Shown here piece after piece: positions 26,412 to 41,500 of a DNA stretch of 64,000 nucleotides. Numbering within the stretch: the stretch's first letter is position 1; every line of letters starts with the position of its first letter. Under the pieces are notes generated by a model, which was not told the DNA's origin, made no database searches, and saw only the letters and a program-made list of their open reading frames with translations. The DNA comes from Schizochytrium sp. TIO01. Its lineage: Eukaryota; Protista; Bigyra: Labyrinthulomycetes. The stretch lies in NCBI GenBank assembly GCA_004764695.1, contig SMSO01000037.1, positions 224,747-288,746 of the forward strand. Reading direction: 5' to 3'. The translations under genes and the position numbers were made by a program.

Positions 26412-29400
26412 TCATTCTTTCTTTCTTTTTGAAGGCCTTCTTTCCTGCTTTGCTCCAATCACCAGAGCGGCGAGATGGCCAGCCGCCTCTTCGCTGGTGC
26501 GAAAGAAAGCGTGGAGTCCGTGACATAGATAGGTCGGGCGGACCACGAGCAGCCGTACTGATCTCGCTGCCCGGAGCGCACGCGGCGGCCTCGAACCGCC
26601 CAAGCAAGTAAAACCTAAAAGTTTGGAAAGAACACCTACATACTAGCTAGAAGAAGCATAGCAGATGTAATAGAGAGTAAGCTAAACTAAACGAAACTAA
26701 CTCTCGGTTTGATGGATTACTTTATACAATAAACCTTTTTTTTTTAATAATATATTTTTAATTCTGTTTTATTTTTTATTAAAGATTATGTTGAGTATTA
26801 GGTTTAAAGGATTCTATAGGTTTTAGAAAATGTTTTGATTAGAAACAATATTATTTATTTAAATAAACAAACAAATAAACAAAAGTGTAAGTGTTACTTG
26901 TGATTTTATTGAATAAACGTTTGCGAGGTGAATAAAGCAAAAGAAGAATAAAAAAGGAGATATTAAAATTAAAAATTAAAACAAATGCTATAAATTAAGG
27001 CGATCATCGATCGTTTAAGTAAAACAAATGTGATGTGCTCTGACAACAGTTAATGCTTGCAAAATATCCCTCACCGGTAATCAGATACTCACGAGTGCGG
27101 ACAATCTGGTAGCGAAGCTTCGGACAAAACCCGCTGCTTGGAAAACTTACTGGCACTATAGGTGTCCTTTTCAAATACGATGGTTTTGAGCAGCTGGGAG
27201 GAGAAGCATCATTCATCCGTCACAGCTGCTTCTTCCGCGCGCCACAAATGCGGAGGACAAGAACAACATAGGACTAGCTACCACTTCTGGTGTATACAGA
27301 TTTACACACCAACTGTTTGTCGAAGAGCTCTACTGCTTTCAGCTTTTTGTGAGTCAAGTTCCGAATACTCGTCCTCCTCCTACTGCGACTGCGTCACTCA
27401 CCTTTTGCAGCTGCTACTACAGCTCGTCCTCCTCCTTTTGAAGTGCATTCGAAGCCAACTCAGAAGGTGGAAGGGAAGCGCAGATGTGAGGGAGCACAAG
27501 GAAGAAGATCAGTACAAGAAAGATAAGCCGCTATCTTTGTGTATATAACCTGTAGGTGATCTTGTTTTCTGTACCTTGATCAGAATACAAAAATAGTCAA
27601 CGAGTTCAGACTTATTTAGATAAACGCCACCACTCCGTGGGGCCGAGAAAGGGTGTCTGTTGCGAGTACCGCAAACAGATAATAAATAAGTAGCTTCAAC
27701 TCATTCTTTCACTCAGAACGAGTGACAGGATGTTGTTATCTCAGGGCAACAGCCTTGTTGCAAGGTACCATTATAATATAGCGGGAAAGGTCCTTGCTTT
27801 TATCCCGCTCATCAGATCTTTCTTTGTCTCCGTGTCGGCCGTCCCAACGCTAATTAGAAAACAAATGCCTACGCGAAGAAACGATTCCGAATTGACGATA
27901 TCATTCAAATGAGGAGACCTCCAGCAGATTTCAACAACCCTCTCTTCCGACGTGTGAGCTTTTTATCAAGTTTGTTTTGTTGTAGTAATCTCCTTCAGCC
28001 AAGTGACTTAAAATCTGATCTTCGTAGTTTCGCTCAGCGGATGTTTCTCAGGAAGTCAGAGGAAAAGCCTTGAAGATCTCTGATCTGGTTGAATTCTAAT
28101 CCTCCTAGAAGTATACTACACCTATGAAGGCAGGAGAAAACAATGAAATGCTACAGAGAAAATCGTAATCCCATAAAAAAGCGGTTCTCGCCGCTCAACC
28201 CGAGCGCAAGATTGCGCACTTGCAATTTGTTCTAAAAGGCTTCGCTTCATTGCGACCGTCGTCGACACTGTTCATGGGCCTTCGCCTGGCATTCCTCACG
28301 AATGCTTCGTGATTTACGAGCCAGCACTGGGGCGGAGAAGCGGCCGCGGCATCCTCTCGTGAGCTACAGCCATGTCCCGCTGCAAATCGGACCTTCACGT
28401 GCGAACGTGAAATGGCGATGAAAAGCAAGAAAACAAGAGCGCCTGTCTCAAATACATACACGCATACATATATACATACTTACATACATACATACATCCA
28501 TGCATCCATGCAGAACATTATGCAATCTTAAAGCTCAAAGGTATTTCAAGGAACGATCTGCGAGTCACCGTGCTGGGAGCGGAGAATCATCTCTTGGAGC
28601 TTTGCTTTGACAGCCGCGGCCGTGTCTTTAGATTTTTGTATTTATGGTATACTCTTAGGAACATCGCCATTGCTCGATTCCTGAGACGCCTATCCATTCT
28701 GTTATTCTGCTTCCTTGAAGATTCATCTGCTGTGAATCCTGAGCATAGAGTCGGGGCGGCCAAGAGAAAGCAGCGATTGATTATTTCTTCGCTTTGAAGC
28801 TCTCTAGAACGCAAATCCTTCACGAAAGCCCTTCCAAAACAAAGCAATATTCATTCCCCTGCACAGGGTTGGCCAGTAAGTAGGTCGTTGAGAACCCTTT
28901 GGAGTGAGTGAGTGGCACACACTTCAGAGCGATAACGCAAGTGACTTGAAACGAGCCAACTGGCGCCAGAAAAGTCAAGCGAGCAATCATCCATTCGCAC
29001 GCTTGGTCGCAAATGCAGGCCCTCGCTCGTCTACCCTGCCGTATATCCATCCATCCGATTCCATCAGCACTGAGCAACTGTATTCACCTTCTTGAAGATG
29101 GTATTTAGGCAGCAGATAGACCTACCATCGCTTGGTCACGACTACACAAGTCGACCCTCTGGCCACCTACTACGAACTTGAAGAACGAAAAGAACGCCTT
29201 TTGTGAGGCTGAGGGATGACTAACTGATTTCGAAGTTCGCAAGCATAGGAGAGAATAATCAACAAAGAGAAACAATCAAGCAAACGAAACAAAGTCTCAC
29301 GCGAAGGAAAGAAGGGACAAACAACATTTACAGGAAGAAGACCGGTAGAGGTAGCAGGTACTTTCCGGAGGCAAGCCTGTGCAAAGTTTTGCAATTCTAT

Positions 29401-32400
29401 TTTCTGTTTTACTTCTCTAATCTTTTAAAATAAAGAAGCATTCTAAAGAGCATGGACTAATCAAAACGCGCCTGCAATCACTCACCAAGGGTCGACCGAT
29501 GTGTAGTGTTTGCTGTAAGCTCAATGGTTAAACTTCGAAGTTTCTTTCCGAAAGGTGTAACGGGTCGTTAGTGAGGGGACAAAAATCGTTTCGTTTGTTC
29601 GTTTATGAGCTCCTTTTTCAAATGTTGCATTTACATATATATATCATATTGAATTTTTTATTTTATTTTTTTTTACCTTCTTCTGCAAAACTTTTTATTT
29701 GGAGTCTTCAAACAAATAAAAGAAAGTTTTATCTTAGTTTCTATGGAAACAGAGGATCACGGAGCTTTCAAGAGCCCCCTTGAAGAAGGCACTTGACAAA
29801 AGAAACTCAAAGATGCCGTTCGTTAGACCATCTGAAAACTGCGAGTTCACGCACGATCGATGCTTTCATCCCTCTTTCCTCCACGAGCGCCGAAGATCAA
29901 AGTCAAAGAGTGCAAAGAAGCAGGGGCAGGAAGGCAGGAAGACAGGCAAACAGACAGGAGCAGGGAGAAAGTCTTCCTTCGTGCTTCCTTCCCTGCAAAC
30001 CTTGTTAATATTTCTTGTTTCGCCGTCGGCATTCCTTCTACTACCTACTGGAAACCGAGGGAGGTCTCGAAATCGAACGAATGGAGGTTCGCGCGGTGAA
30101 AAATAACGCTCATTCCTTCTTTCGCGATCGATTTCGTTCGTTTGCATTTGACTCACCCTCAGGAAGGTAAGTCACAACGAAACGAAAGAAAGAAGTCAAT
30201 GAATGAATGAATGAATGAAAGGGGTTTCAAAGCGCGCGATCTGTCGCTGATTGTCCCTATAGCTATTGCTACATAGCTACCTCCACAACTTTTTGTTGTA
30301 ATTCTAAAGCGCTTGAAAGCAAAATCCTCTTCTCAGGGATGAAGTGAAAGGAACCAGCGCGAACAAGCTCAAGCAGCAGGAACAAGAGATCTGATTCCAT
30401 GGCGAATTCATAGGCCAGGGACGGGGCGACTTGTTCCGAAGCGCAGTTGCTCTTCTCGTCGTCAGGCAGGAGTCTTTATCGCAGTCTGTTGCCAATAGGC
30501 AGTGGGCACCTGCATAGATTGAATGTTATTCTTGGCTGTATCTTTATCAAACGATCGATTGAAGTCTTAAGCAATCCAAAGTCACAGCGTTTTAATACAC
30601 GTTGTGGTCGGACTTTTAAAAGCATCTTTCCTCCTGCATAGCGTAATAATCAGTTCTGATGTGTGGTGGTGAGAGTGGAGGTAATCAAAACCTTCTTCAA
30701 CTGCGCTTCTCTTTTCCGAGTTTCAACAAGTACAGATGGATGAGAACTTACAAAATGACTTCACTACCTACCTAGTTGACTTGTGGGGACCTTATACGGA
30801 TCCTGCAACTTTAGTTTGCTCTCTTCAAGAGAGAGCAGTGAGAGAGTGAGTGAGTGAGTCAAGAAAGTCAAGTTTTTCGTTGTCATATTTGCAAAGTTAT
30901 TTCCATTTCGAGTTGTACATAGATTTAGGTATTTATAAGCGTTTTAAAAAAATAGAAATAACAAAAAGCAGAGAAAGAGTTTTCGTTTGTCGAGTTGATG
31001 TTGTTGCCGCTTCGGATAATTAAATATTTGTAACACTATTATTACTTACTTTAAAGAATAATTAAAGTCTTTATCAGGTTGCCTACACACCAGCCAGTCA
31101 GACTTTTGTCCCTGCAGCGCTCGAGGAAGCCCGCAGTTACCAGCCGCAGTTACTGCCCACAGTAAGTATCTCGTGTTCCCGATCCTCCCGACTCTCTCCG
31201 CATGCTTGGCACGAGATCAGCAAATGGCGAGATTCAAGTAAGTTACTCCTCTTTCATTGCCACCAACCTGCTTGAGCTTGGTCTAGTTTGGTCCATCATC
31301 CTCTGCAGAATCCTCGAACTATGTAGCCTCCCCCCTACAAAATCAGACCTCGACTCGACTCATGACAAAGTAGTGGCTAGTCCCTCCGAAGTTTGCAGTC
31401 TGCTCAAGTTTGAGTAAACGGGACCCTACTGGCACGTCGTTGCTTGCTCGTTTCTTACCTCCTCTACCTCCTCCTCATGCTTCTTAATAGCTGCTCTGAA
31501 CCTTGGACTTTCAGATCTCTCGCCCAACTTGAAGCGTTACGAGCTCCGTCAATTATTAGTCTCGATAAGATTTCTCTGCTCGAGTCGTGCAATTTTATTT
31601 ATCCTCCTCCTCCTCCTCCTCGTCGTGGGTCTCGTCATACTCATTTCTTCGCGACCTTGTTCGTTCGATGGTTTCTTCGAAGGATTGATCGATTCCTGCC
31701 AAACTTCTTCTTCTTGTGCCTTCTTCTCTCCCTGCACTGCGTCGACCTGACCTGACTTGGCCACGCGGGCCTTTCGCCGACAGCGTTCGATTGACTGCCA
31801 GACACCGATTTGCCGAGTGACGACTGAATGAATGAATCAGTTGATCAGCCCATCACTTGAAGATCGCACTGCACTGCACGTCCAATAAGCCTTCTTCTCC
31901 TGTTCCGCCCGGAATCCTTCCTGGCGTCGATCTCGCTTTTAATCTCGACGCAGGCATCTATTCGCCTGTACCACCGTAGGTTCAACTTCGCTTATAGCCG
32001 CCGAGTTCGACGCTCTGCAAAAGCTCCATAAAAGAAACCCGCTCCGCCTAAATCATCGTCGTCGTCTTTCGCGAGAGAGCCTTCGGACAACCAATTTAAT
32101 GCGGCGGCTTCGCTGATCGATTGATAGTCAGTCAATCAGTCCATGTGATCGATCGAGCTATTGATTTCGCTGGAAACCTCTTCTTCGCCTCCTTCTTGTA
32201 GCCATAGTAGTTCTTCTTCTTCTTTTATTTTTCTTCTTTTAGTTAAAAACCGGCAATATAAATATTATGTTAGACACTGCCCTTCTTTTTTGGAGTTAGA
32301 AGTTTTGTGTGTAATATTAAAAAAATAATAACAGTAATAATAAAGGTAAGTAAAGTAGAGGAACATATGCTGCTGATTCCTGGCGACGAGTAGATAGTAA

Positions 32401-35400
32401 TGAAGTTTGTACACGTTGGATTAATCGAATCGAAATGACAAGTGGCAGCTCCACTTAGTGTGCGAGCGAGGGAACAGCCGAGTAAAACGTCTCACTCGAG
32501 CTGGCCTACCTTGATCGCTTGGCTTTGACGATTTCACCAACTGATTGGTTGGTTGAATCGGGATCTCCAACATCTGCGTTCAAAATGATTGCGGCGGCCG
32601 CTCCAATCTGTTCTTGGAGGCAACGACGCCACCGATAGGTAAATGGATATTTACAGAAAGAGGAAGACGCCGCCAGCCGAGCACCACTTGCGAGTTTGCC
32701 CATAATTGCGAGCGATGGGCAAAAGAAGTAGAAACCCACGGTCCGGCGTTGCAAAATCTCGAGTTCGCACTCGAGGGCCTTCGTGAACGAGTGCCCTTCC
32801 TGCATAGATTAGAGCAGCTTGAACTTATGTATGATGTATGTATGTACCGCCAGTCAGTACAGTATGGCGCCCCATTTCCAGGCATGTGAAGAAAGCGTGT
32901 GAACTCAATCTCGGGACATTCTCGCGAAAACGAGGGAGCCTCAGATCACCCAAGCGCTGCAATACCTTGGTGGTCCAATCTGCTTCGCGAGCTTTGCGAG
33001 CTTCGCGAGACCATGAACTTCGTGGAAAGGAAGCCCGCCAGGCTGGCCATTCTTCGCTAGATTGGTTGAACATCCATTCATTCATCCATTCATTTATCCA
33101 AAGACTAAATCCCTTCAATTAATTCTAAAACTTCGGCGTCTCACCTCTTTGCATTAAACCCCTCCTGCGACAATAATGGTTCCCTCGCGCTGTGCGGAAG
33201 AGTCAATCCAGAGCAGACTCAGTGGTCGGTTGGCCGGTCTTGGAGTTGTGTCTTTGAGAAAAAGTTGCCGAGATCGAGGAAAGGAGCACACGACGGACGC
33301 ACTCACACACTCATTCACTTCACTCACTCACTCATTCACTAACTCACTCATTCACTCATTCACTCACTCAATCCATTCGGAGGAAGGCTTAAAAATCTCG
33401 CTCCGAGCGTCACGATCGTTCTGAAAGGACAGGAAGAAGACGGATCGCTGAGCTGTGATTCGCTCTTCTTCTTCTTCCCGTCTTCTTTCTCCTCTTCAGC
33501 GCAATACAGAAAGACGGGGCTTTCTCTTTCTTTATTTATTTCTCAGACTCTTTGTTTATTTCTTTATTGGGGTAAATGAAACCGGAGACGAACACAAACG
33601 TCTGTAATTTATTTTTAAAAAAAAAAATTATAATTAATAAAATTTAAAAAGAATACGAGGCTGCAACTAAAGCCCTGAAGCCCCTTTCGTTAGAATAAGC
33701 TTCCTCGCTTTCATGAACATTGAAAACACCATTCGAGTTTACTTTATCTCATATCAAAGGGAACTCTACTCCCGAGGAAGATTGCTTTGTTTTTTTCTTT
33801 TTACATGGGAAGCCACAGACAGACCACTTACTAAGTAGGTCCTACATAAGAGGCTTGTCTGAGCGAGGCGCCCTTTGAAAGGTGAAAGTTTCCAAATGTA
33901 TTATCTTGAATACATAGCCGCTGAGAGAGAGAGACGCAGAAGAACAGTCAGTCAGTCAGTCTGCAATTACCCCAGCAGTGCCGTCCAGGCACAAGCTGGA
34001 GAAGAGGGCGCTCTCCCTCAGCTGGCGCTACTCAGGGCCCCCCACTACTCACTTGCCGGGGCCGCAGGGAAGGCACGCAGCAGCAGAGGAAGAACTTGAG
34101 CGAATGAATGAATGAATGAATGAATGTGGGAGAACAGCCTTGGAGAACAGCTTGGAAAGAGAACGTCCACACCGGCCTAAAGCTACTGCCCATGTTGGAC
34201 AAACAATTCATTGGTTGGCTTTCAATCCACCGTCTTCCTTGTTTGCCTTCCTGTGAAAGTAGGCTTGCTTTACAGGAACACCTAGGGGTACAGGATATAT
34301 CCTATAGCTAGACTATTTATCTATTTAGCCCACTACTCGGGGTTCTCTCTATATGCATGCTGGCTGCCAAGAAGAAAGGTCTTCATGTAGAAAGTATTAT
34401 CATGGCAGTGGTACTCTCTGTTGTAATCTTTCGATCGTTGCTCAAATAAGAAAGTCAAGAGTCGCGGAAAGGTGAAAGAATAAAATCCACGTGTCGAATT
34501 TCGTATCCTCTTTTGGAGTTTCGTTTAGATGCTAGATCACTCGAGGAAAGCCTGCTACAGAAGAAATCGTTGATTTTCCTATTTGCTAGCTCTCTTCAAA
34601 TTAAACGAACTGTTCTGGTATACACCAAATGATAAGATGTCCTTTATTGCAAGTTATTACAGCAGTTTACTTGTTTACTGGGACGGGTGCGTATGGATCT
34701 CGATCAGTAATTAAAAATACTAAAATTTCTCTTTCATTTAAATCAGTAGGTGCTACCCAGCGAGTGACACGAAATACTTTTTTTATAAATGCTGATATTT
34801 ATTGTTTGTATACGTGGGAAGTCTGAAAAAAGACACGTCAGCTGTTATCAGCCCCAGCTTGTATTTACATTTTACTACAACTCTCAAGCTGCACTTGTCC
34901 CTCCCCAGGCTTTTCATGATTGTAGAGTAAGCACTCGAGACCCCGCCAGCACATCTCCCGGAAATACCAGTAAGTTTAAAGCTGAAGGGCACGAGGCATT
35001 TGGCTCAAGATCCTTTGCCTACATCAGTAGAAATATTCGTCCCAATGACATGGAAATTGCCAAAAGAATAACTTTGAAAAACATTTTCGCTTGTCCCTTC
35101 TTAAGATAACTTATGGGAAACACTAGGTAGCGTATGAGATGCAGGAGGCAGTATAACAATATTTTCAGAATACTTACAAATGGCTGCAGCGGCATCCATT
35201 CTATGTATGCTCAAAGGAAGAATTGAAATGATGTACTTTTTTCATCGGAATCATCTCAAACTCAATTAATTCATTCATTCATTCATTCATTCATTCATTC
35301 CTGGAAATCATGTGTGTCTTTGATTCGTTGCCACCATAGCAGACCTGGCCGCCACTTCAAAGTTCAATCTACTTGGCTGTGTGCTTCTCCCTCCCTCCAA

Positions 35401-37286
35401 TTGTGGATTCCAATGACAGGGATCTTCTCCAGTTCTTTCCTCTTCTTGCGCTTTTCATGAGAGCCATTTGTGATTTGTTGACAACATCGAACTAAGGACA
35501 AAAGCAAATATGTAGGTAGCAGGTGCCCAGCACCAAGTAATCAAAATGCTCGCAAGTTGAAAATTTCGCTGGGCATGTAAAGTAGACGGACGGGGAGAAA
35601 GCGGAAACCAATTCCTAAAAGCAATTTCAGTTTCTTATTTCTATGGCCCAAGTGAAAAGCGTACCTGTGTTACAGATCGATGCCATGAGGCAAACCAAGC
35701 TTATCGAACATTTTTGATCAGTCCGAGCACCAAAGAATCCGAAAATTCTCGATCAACGAGCTCTTATTATTCTTCACAGAGTTACCTTCGCTCTCTCTTA
35801 CCCATCGACGATGTGAACGAAGCTACACTGTTTCAAGTTGAGCGACACACAGACCGGCGACGCAGCAGACTTTGAGACTGTATGGTCTTATCATATAGTC
35901 TAACACCACTCCTAGCCTTTCATCTTCTCTAAACTCAAAATGTTCTACATTTCACTACTATAGCCTACTCACTAATTTTTTTAATTAAATAAATATAACA
36001 AATGTTGTTTTGCATTAAAATTTCATCTCTTTTTTATTAAGTATTTATCATGATTCTTCTACTCCCCCCCCCAAAAAAAAATTAAAAATAATAAAAATAA
36101 TAATAAAATTATGTAATACATATATCCATCTTTTATTTAATTAATTGTTTCTATGTTTTTAACAGTAGCTAGCACTACTTAGGCATCGGTTGGAGTCCCC
36201 AAAGTGATGCATGGTATTACTTTTTCTTTTACTTCAATCATACAAGATGACCGAAAAGCTCGAGTCTCACTCCTCCTTGTCAACAAACAAACAAACATAA
36301 CAAACCTATCTCCTCAGAGTGAAATTTGAGCTCGCTCCCTCTCCAGCCTTCTCCGGCCCTCTTCATAAAATAGCGCTCTGAGGCTGACCATTGAACTATA
36401 AGCCATTGCGGGGTCTATTATTTTAGTATAGTTTAGTTTAGTTTAGTTTATTTCCTTTCTTTTCAAACAACTGTTATTGGGAACTCGTCATATTCTATAT
36501 GGCTGAAAGAATGGGAACTCGTCATTGTTTAGGATGCACCTTTGAGCGATTGAGCGAGCGAGCGAAGCCAAGGCCAACCAAGGCTGCCCGTTCTGGACCT
36601 TCGCGCAGCCGACGCCGAAGCTGGTGACCTTGAACCATGCAGCGTTTGCCACCAGCAGCCAGCAGCAAGCACCGCCAACCTGGCCAGCCGGTTTAAGGAT
36701 TTCATTCATTGTTCAAAGCCACGATCGAATCGCATCTTTGGTCCATTCGCGAATGCCACCGCCACAAACTCCCAAAGAAAACGTGCCGCTCCACTTATTC
36801 ATTCATCACAAATAAGCCGCCAAGACCCAACAGGTTCTGCGTGGCGCTTCGAGTCCTTCTTCGATTCTTGCGGCGCGTACCCTTTAACGATCGCCGCAGC
36901 GGTGACAGTTCGTGGCGTTTTCCTGAATGTACGAGTGAGTATCTTTCAAGCCCTTTCGCGCGTTTCCCTCACTTGCACCTCTGTCACTCTCAGGTTCTCT
37001 TGCTAGCGCCATGTGAAATCCCACGGTCAAATACGCGCCACGATCATCCACGCAGTCGCTCAGTGAGCGCGTGCGAGAGCCACGCGTCGTAGGGCTCTCC
37101 AGGCGCCACGGATTTGACGCAGCAGACGATCGCTGCAGAGCTGCTGAGGAGTATGCGGTGCAGGTCGAGCAATCGAGCACTGCCACGGACCAATGCACAG
37201 CGAGTGTGGAGGCAATCCGCTGCGACAGACAGCGCTTGCGGCCCTTGGCATCCATAGTGCTATTTGGACTTTACCTTTAGGTGTCT

Positions 37287-37373
37287 TTTAGTTTAGCTTA
37301 GTTTAGTTTAGTTTAGTTTAGTTTAGTTTAGTTTAGTTTAGTTTAGTTTAGTTTAGTTTAGTTTAGTTTAGTT
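37287..37373. repeat. (TTTAG)n microsatellite, about 17 copies
   Basis: Seen directly in the sequence. Confidence 0.95.
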
Positions 37374-38142
37374 ACTATCAGTAAGAAGGAGAAGGGCCAC
37401 GAAGCACCCGGAAAAGCGGGGGAAAAAAGTGCCCATCGTGGGAGGATCCGGAAAAGAAAGGAGCCGCAATGTGAGCGAACAAACAACCATGGACACCTTG
37501 CAGGGCAAGCGAGGGAAGCAATGAAAAGGCCGAAAGCGCAGGCCACGACACCATGGACCAGCGAGCAAAGGAAACAAGAAGCGCTAGGCTTATTTTAATT
37601 GGATGATAAAGTGAAACAAACAAATAAAGCTTTTCTTTTCGACTTGAAGTTATTGGGGAACTTTTTTAAACGATAAAAGACAGTGGCAAGTAATTTATTT
37701 AAAATTTAAAAAAAATAAAAATCGGTTTGACCGAAGGAAGAAAATAAAGATTGGGTGTTTCCCTCTCAGGCCTTTCATCATTGTGGGTAAACCTCAAAGA
37801 AAGAAATCCATACTCACAGCACATCCTCTTCTTCCTAAAGCAGCCACTCTTTTCCCTCTCTCTCTCTCTCTTTCTCTCTTCTCCCAGCTCACGAGTGTTC
37901 CCACGTCCTTCCAAATTCGCATTTGTCCTTCACCTCCCCTCAGTGCGCGCCAGGCAGCCGCTCCACTCACATTAAAACTTCGCTTCTTCCAGCTTTAAGC
38001 CTCTTATGTCCACCTCACACACCCCTCACTCGCGTCCCTTCCTCCCCTAATAACCCCTCTGCTCCCTCACCAGAGCTGCTTTCCACTCAGCTCCTTTTCA
38101 CTTTTGCTTCTCTTAAAGTCCTTAGTGCTTGTACGCTTTCGG

Positions 38143-38524
<382 letters not shown>

Positions 38525-41500
38525 GAGGTGCATCACATCAATCAAAGAAATGCAAACTAAAACTATTTCGAGGCTCTCCTCACTGGTGTAACAACAGGCG
38601 AATGAATGGTACTCTTTCCTTTCAGTTAGTTCGTTTGCCCTCATAGCTTTACTTAATCACTTGCCTAGCATGCTTTTCTGCCTGGCAAATTAATTATATA
38701 GCTGGTTGAAAGTTCTTTTCTTCTCTCTGTAATTGCTCCAAGTACTCGTTCACTCTTTTTAACTGGTGGCTCCCAAGAATAAAAACAATAAACAAATAAT
38801 ATAATAAATGAAAAGCAGAGCACACTACGCACCTACAGCATGAAACGAAATGAATTTAAACGAAACGAAACGAAACAAAACGATAACTAATTACTTTGTT
38901 CACTCACGCAGTGTTTACAGAATTTACCTCGACACTCTTTTTTAAACGTTCGCATTGTATGTATGTATGTATGCATTGTAAGCTGCTATCTATGAATAAA
39001 TGAATAAATGGATAAACCAGAGATGAAAAGATGCAAAGAAGCAAAGTAGCTCTTGTTCATAGAGCTAGTCGGGACGAAATGGGGCGATCAAGTGCTTGTT
39101 GCGGCTCTTTCGCCGGCCAACTATGAGAACTGCGAATGCGCGAGGAGAAGATCGCTCCCTTGAATACAGCCTCTGCCATTGCAGAAAGTAAGCGGCCTTT
39201 GCTCGTCCCTCACAGTCGATGCACACACAAGCTAGCTAGTTTATGCCGCTTTTTCTCCTTCGCTCGACGTGCATTTGCAGTTGTTTCGCTCCTTGGCCTC
39301 GTGCTTTAGCGAGCGACTACTTTCTTTGTTTTAGCTGCTAAATCAATCCTGAGCGCTTTCCTTTCCTTCCTTGTGTAAAAAGATGGACTTCTTGCTTGAA
39401 GACGGTGGGGAATTCCTTGTGTATGCATGGTCGTCGGTTGGCACAGCTTTGGATGGGTGCCGAGGGTATGCAGATAGATATTCGTTTTCAGCCATTTCGC
39501 CGCGATTCACGAAGAAGTCGTCCGTCTTGAAAGCTGCAGAATGATGCCATGCCAGAAAACCTGCCTGACCCACAGGAGCGCTATGACGGTCAGGAGTACC
39601 GTCGGGGAAGCGAAGGGGACCGATACAGCCACGCTGGGGCGGCCTGTAGACTACGGTCGACAGTCAGGCAGAGGCAGGCAGGTGATCAATAAGTCCAAGC
39701 AATGCGTACCAAAGCAAATCGAACCAAAGCAATCCAAATCAAAGCAAAAATGAATGAATTAATGAATGAATGAATTGATGAATTGATTGATTGATTGATT
39801 GATTGATTGACTGATTGATGGTTCAGTTTTGGCTTTTGACCTTTGACATTTGGGGATTCGTAATTACTCGAATTCGAGGATTACGCCGAGGACAGCGAAC
39901 TAAGTATGCGTCGACCGATCAACAGATCTACGCGCTCTTCGTTTCTGTCACTCTTTTATCCTCCCAGATTCTTTTGTTTCCGCTGCCACGTCTATTTGAA
40001 ATGCAAATAACACATTATCATAAAAGGTTCACAGAAAGAAGGAAAGAAGGGAATGCCTCCTGTATTATTTGATGATTTACTTCTTTTATCCGAGGAGTTC
40101 TCGATCTCTTCTGCGGCCGTTCTCTCACTTCTTCTCCGTTTCTGGTACGGGACTGGCTAGAGGCGGCTAAGTGAGTGGTAGCGGCTAATGAATTGTTTTT
40201 CTGCGTGCCTTTTTTCCCTCCCCGACATTTCCATTCCTCAGACAAACAAACAAAACAAATAAAAATGATGCTATGATCCAATCAGAGCTGAGTTGGCAGC
40301 GACATTGGCGATAACAATGAAAATGTTAGACGACGAACCGCTCGGAGATGTATGAAGCGGACAGGAGAGAGCTACAGATAGGCAGTATGAGCAATTGTCG
40401 GTGGTTCTGATCTTTGCCCAGTTGGCAGCTAAGCCCCTCACGGTCACGGAGGTCCACTTCGTCGCAGAAGTCACGTTTTATCCGAAACTCGCCCAAGCAA
40501 AAAACTAGGCACCCTGACAGTTAGTCCATTTCAATCAATGTCACATCAGGATAACCTGTAAAATCCACTTACGTCGTGTGCTTTTGCTTTCGCTCAATCA
40601 CAGTCGTTCTTGAAAGCTACTGCGATCGAAATTTGCGCAAAACTCGCAAACGACGAGCGGCAATATTGATTTTTATTGATAAGCCATCGATATGACTGAC
40701 TGACTCTGCACAACAAAACAAGAACATGCTCCACATTCCTTGATTTTCCTTCTCTATTAAATTATGAAGAAACACAAGGAGCGGAGAAATACAGATAAAT
40801 GAGATCAATCGGTTTATCTTAGCTTTTGGTTTAGCACTGACCAGAATAAGCAAAGAATTCAAGAGCTAGTAGTCAACGCTGGCCGCGAAGATGGTACTGA
40901 GCTCTAAGGTTTGAGGATGTCAGAGACCAAAAATTCACTTCCGCCTACTTTAGCCAACAGGAAAGGCAAGCCAGCAACACCTTCGAAAGCAGAGCTTGTG
41001 ACAGGAACTTTTACCCCGAGCCAGACAAAAGCAAAAAGCATTTATTTATTCATTCTTACATTCATTCGCTCGCCTTGTGCTCTTCCGCACTCCATGCTTA
41101 AATAAATAAAAGTGAGACCTGATTGTGACCTGCTGAGTCCTTTGGTAAACCGGATGACTGATCAATGCATCCATAAAACATTTTGAACGAATCAAAGTGC
41201 CACTGAGTATGGAAATGATTGCACATTGCACATCTCAGTGGCAGACTTTTCTGCTCCCTTTTTTTTTAATTGAAAACCTGTTTTGGCTTTTCTTATCTCC
41301 TTGGTAAAAAATAGAAAACTCTCGGTAAAGAATGGAGGAACGAAGTGAGGAAGATAGTAAAGTACCCACTGTGATAAGACAGACTCACAGAAACACTCGG
41401 ATGATCTGAATCAACCTATGGAAAAATCAGTATTAAACTTTTAACAGATTGAAAGCCCCTTCTTCCATTGACCTCTCTGTTTTCCTTTCTCGAGTTGGTT

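Noticed and set aside
28286-28411. Two perfect 7-bp hairpins (one with a GCGA tetraloop); similar short stems near 19339, 21703 and 31920
   Set aside because: Stems this short are expected by chance in 64 kb.
29512-29580. AGCTCAATGGTTAA resembling a tRNA D-arm/A-box
   Set aside because: There is no TTCRA T-arm at the right spacing and no acceptor stem; only short palindromes follow.
37287-37373. (TTTAG)n as an interstitial telomere
   Set aside because: It lacks the G-run of telomeric repeats, and short TTTAG runs recur elsewhere (about 36430 and 62090) as ordinary STRs.
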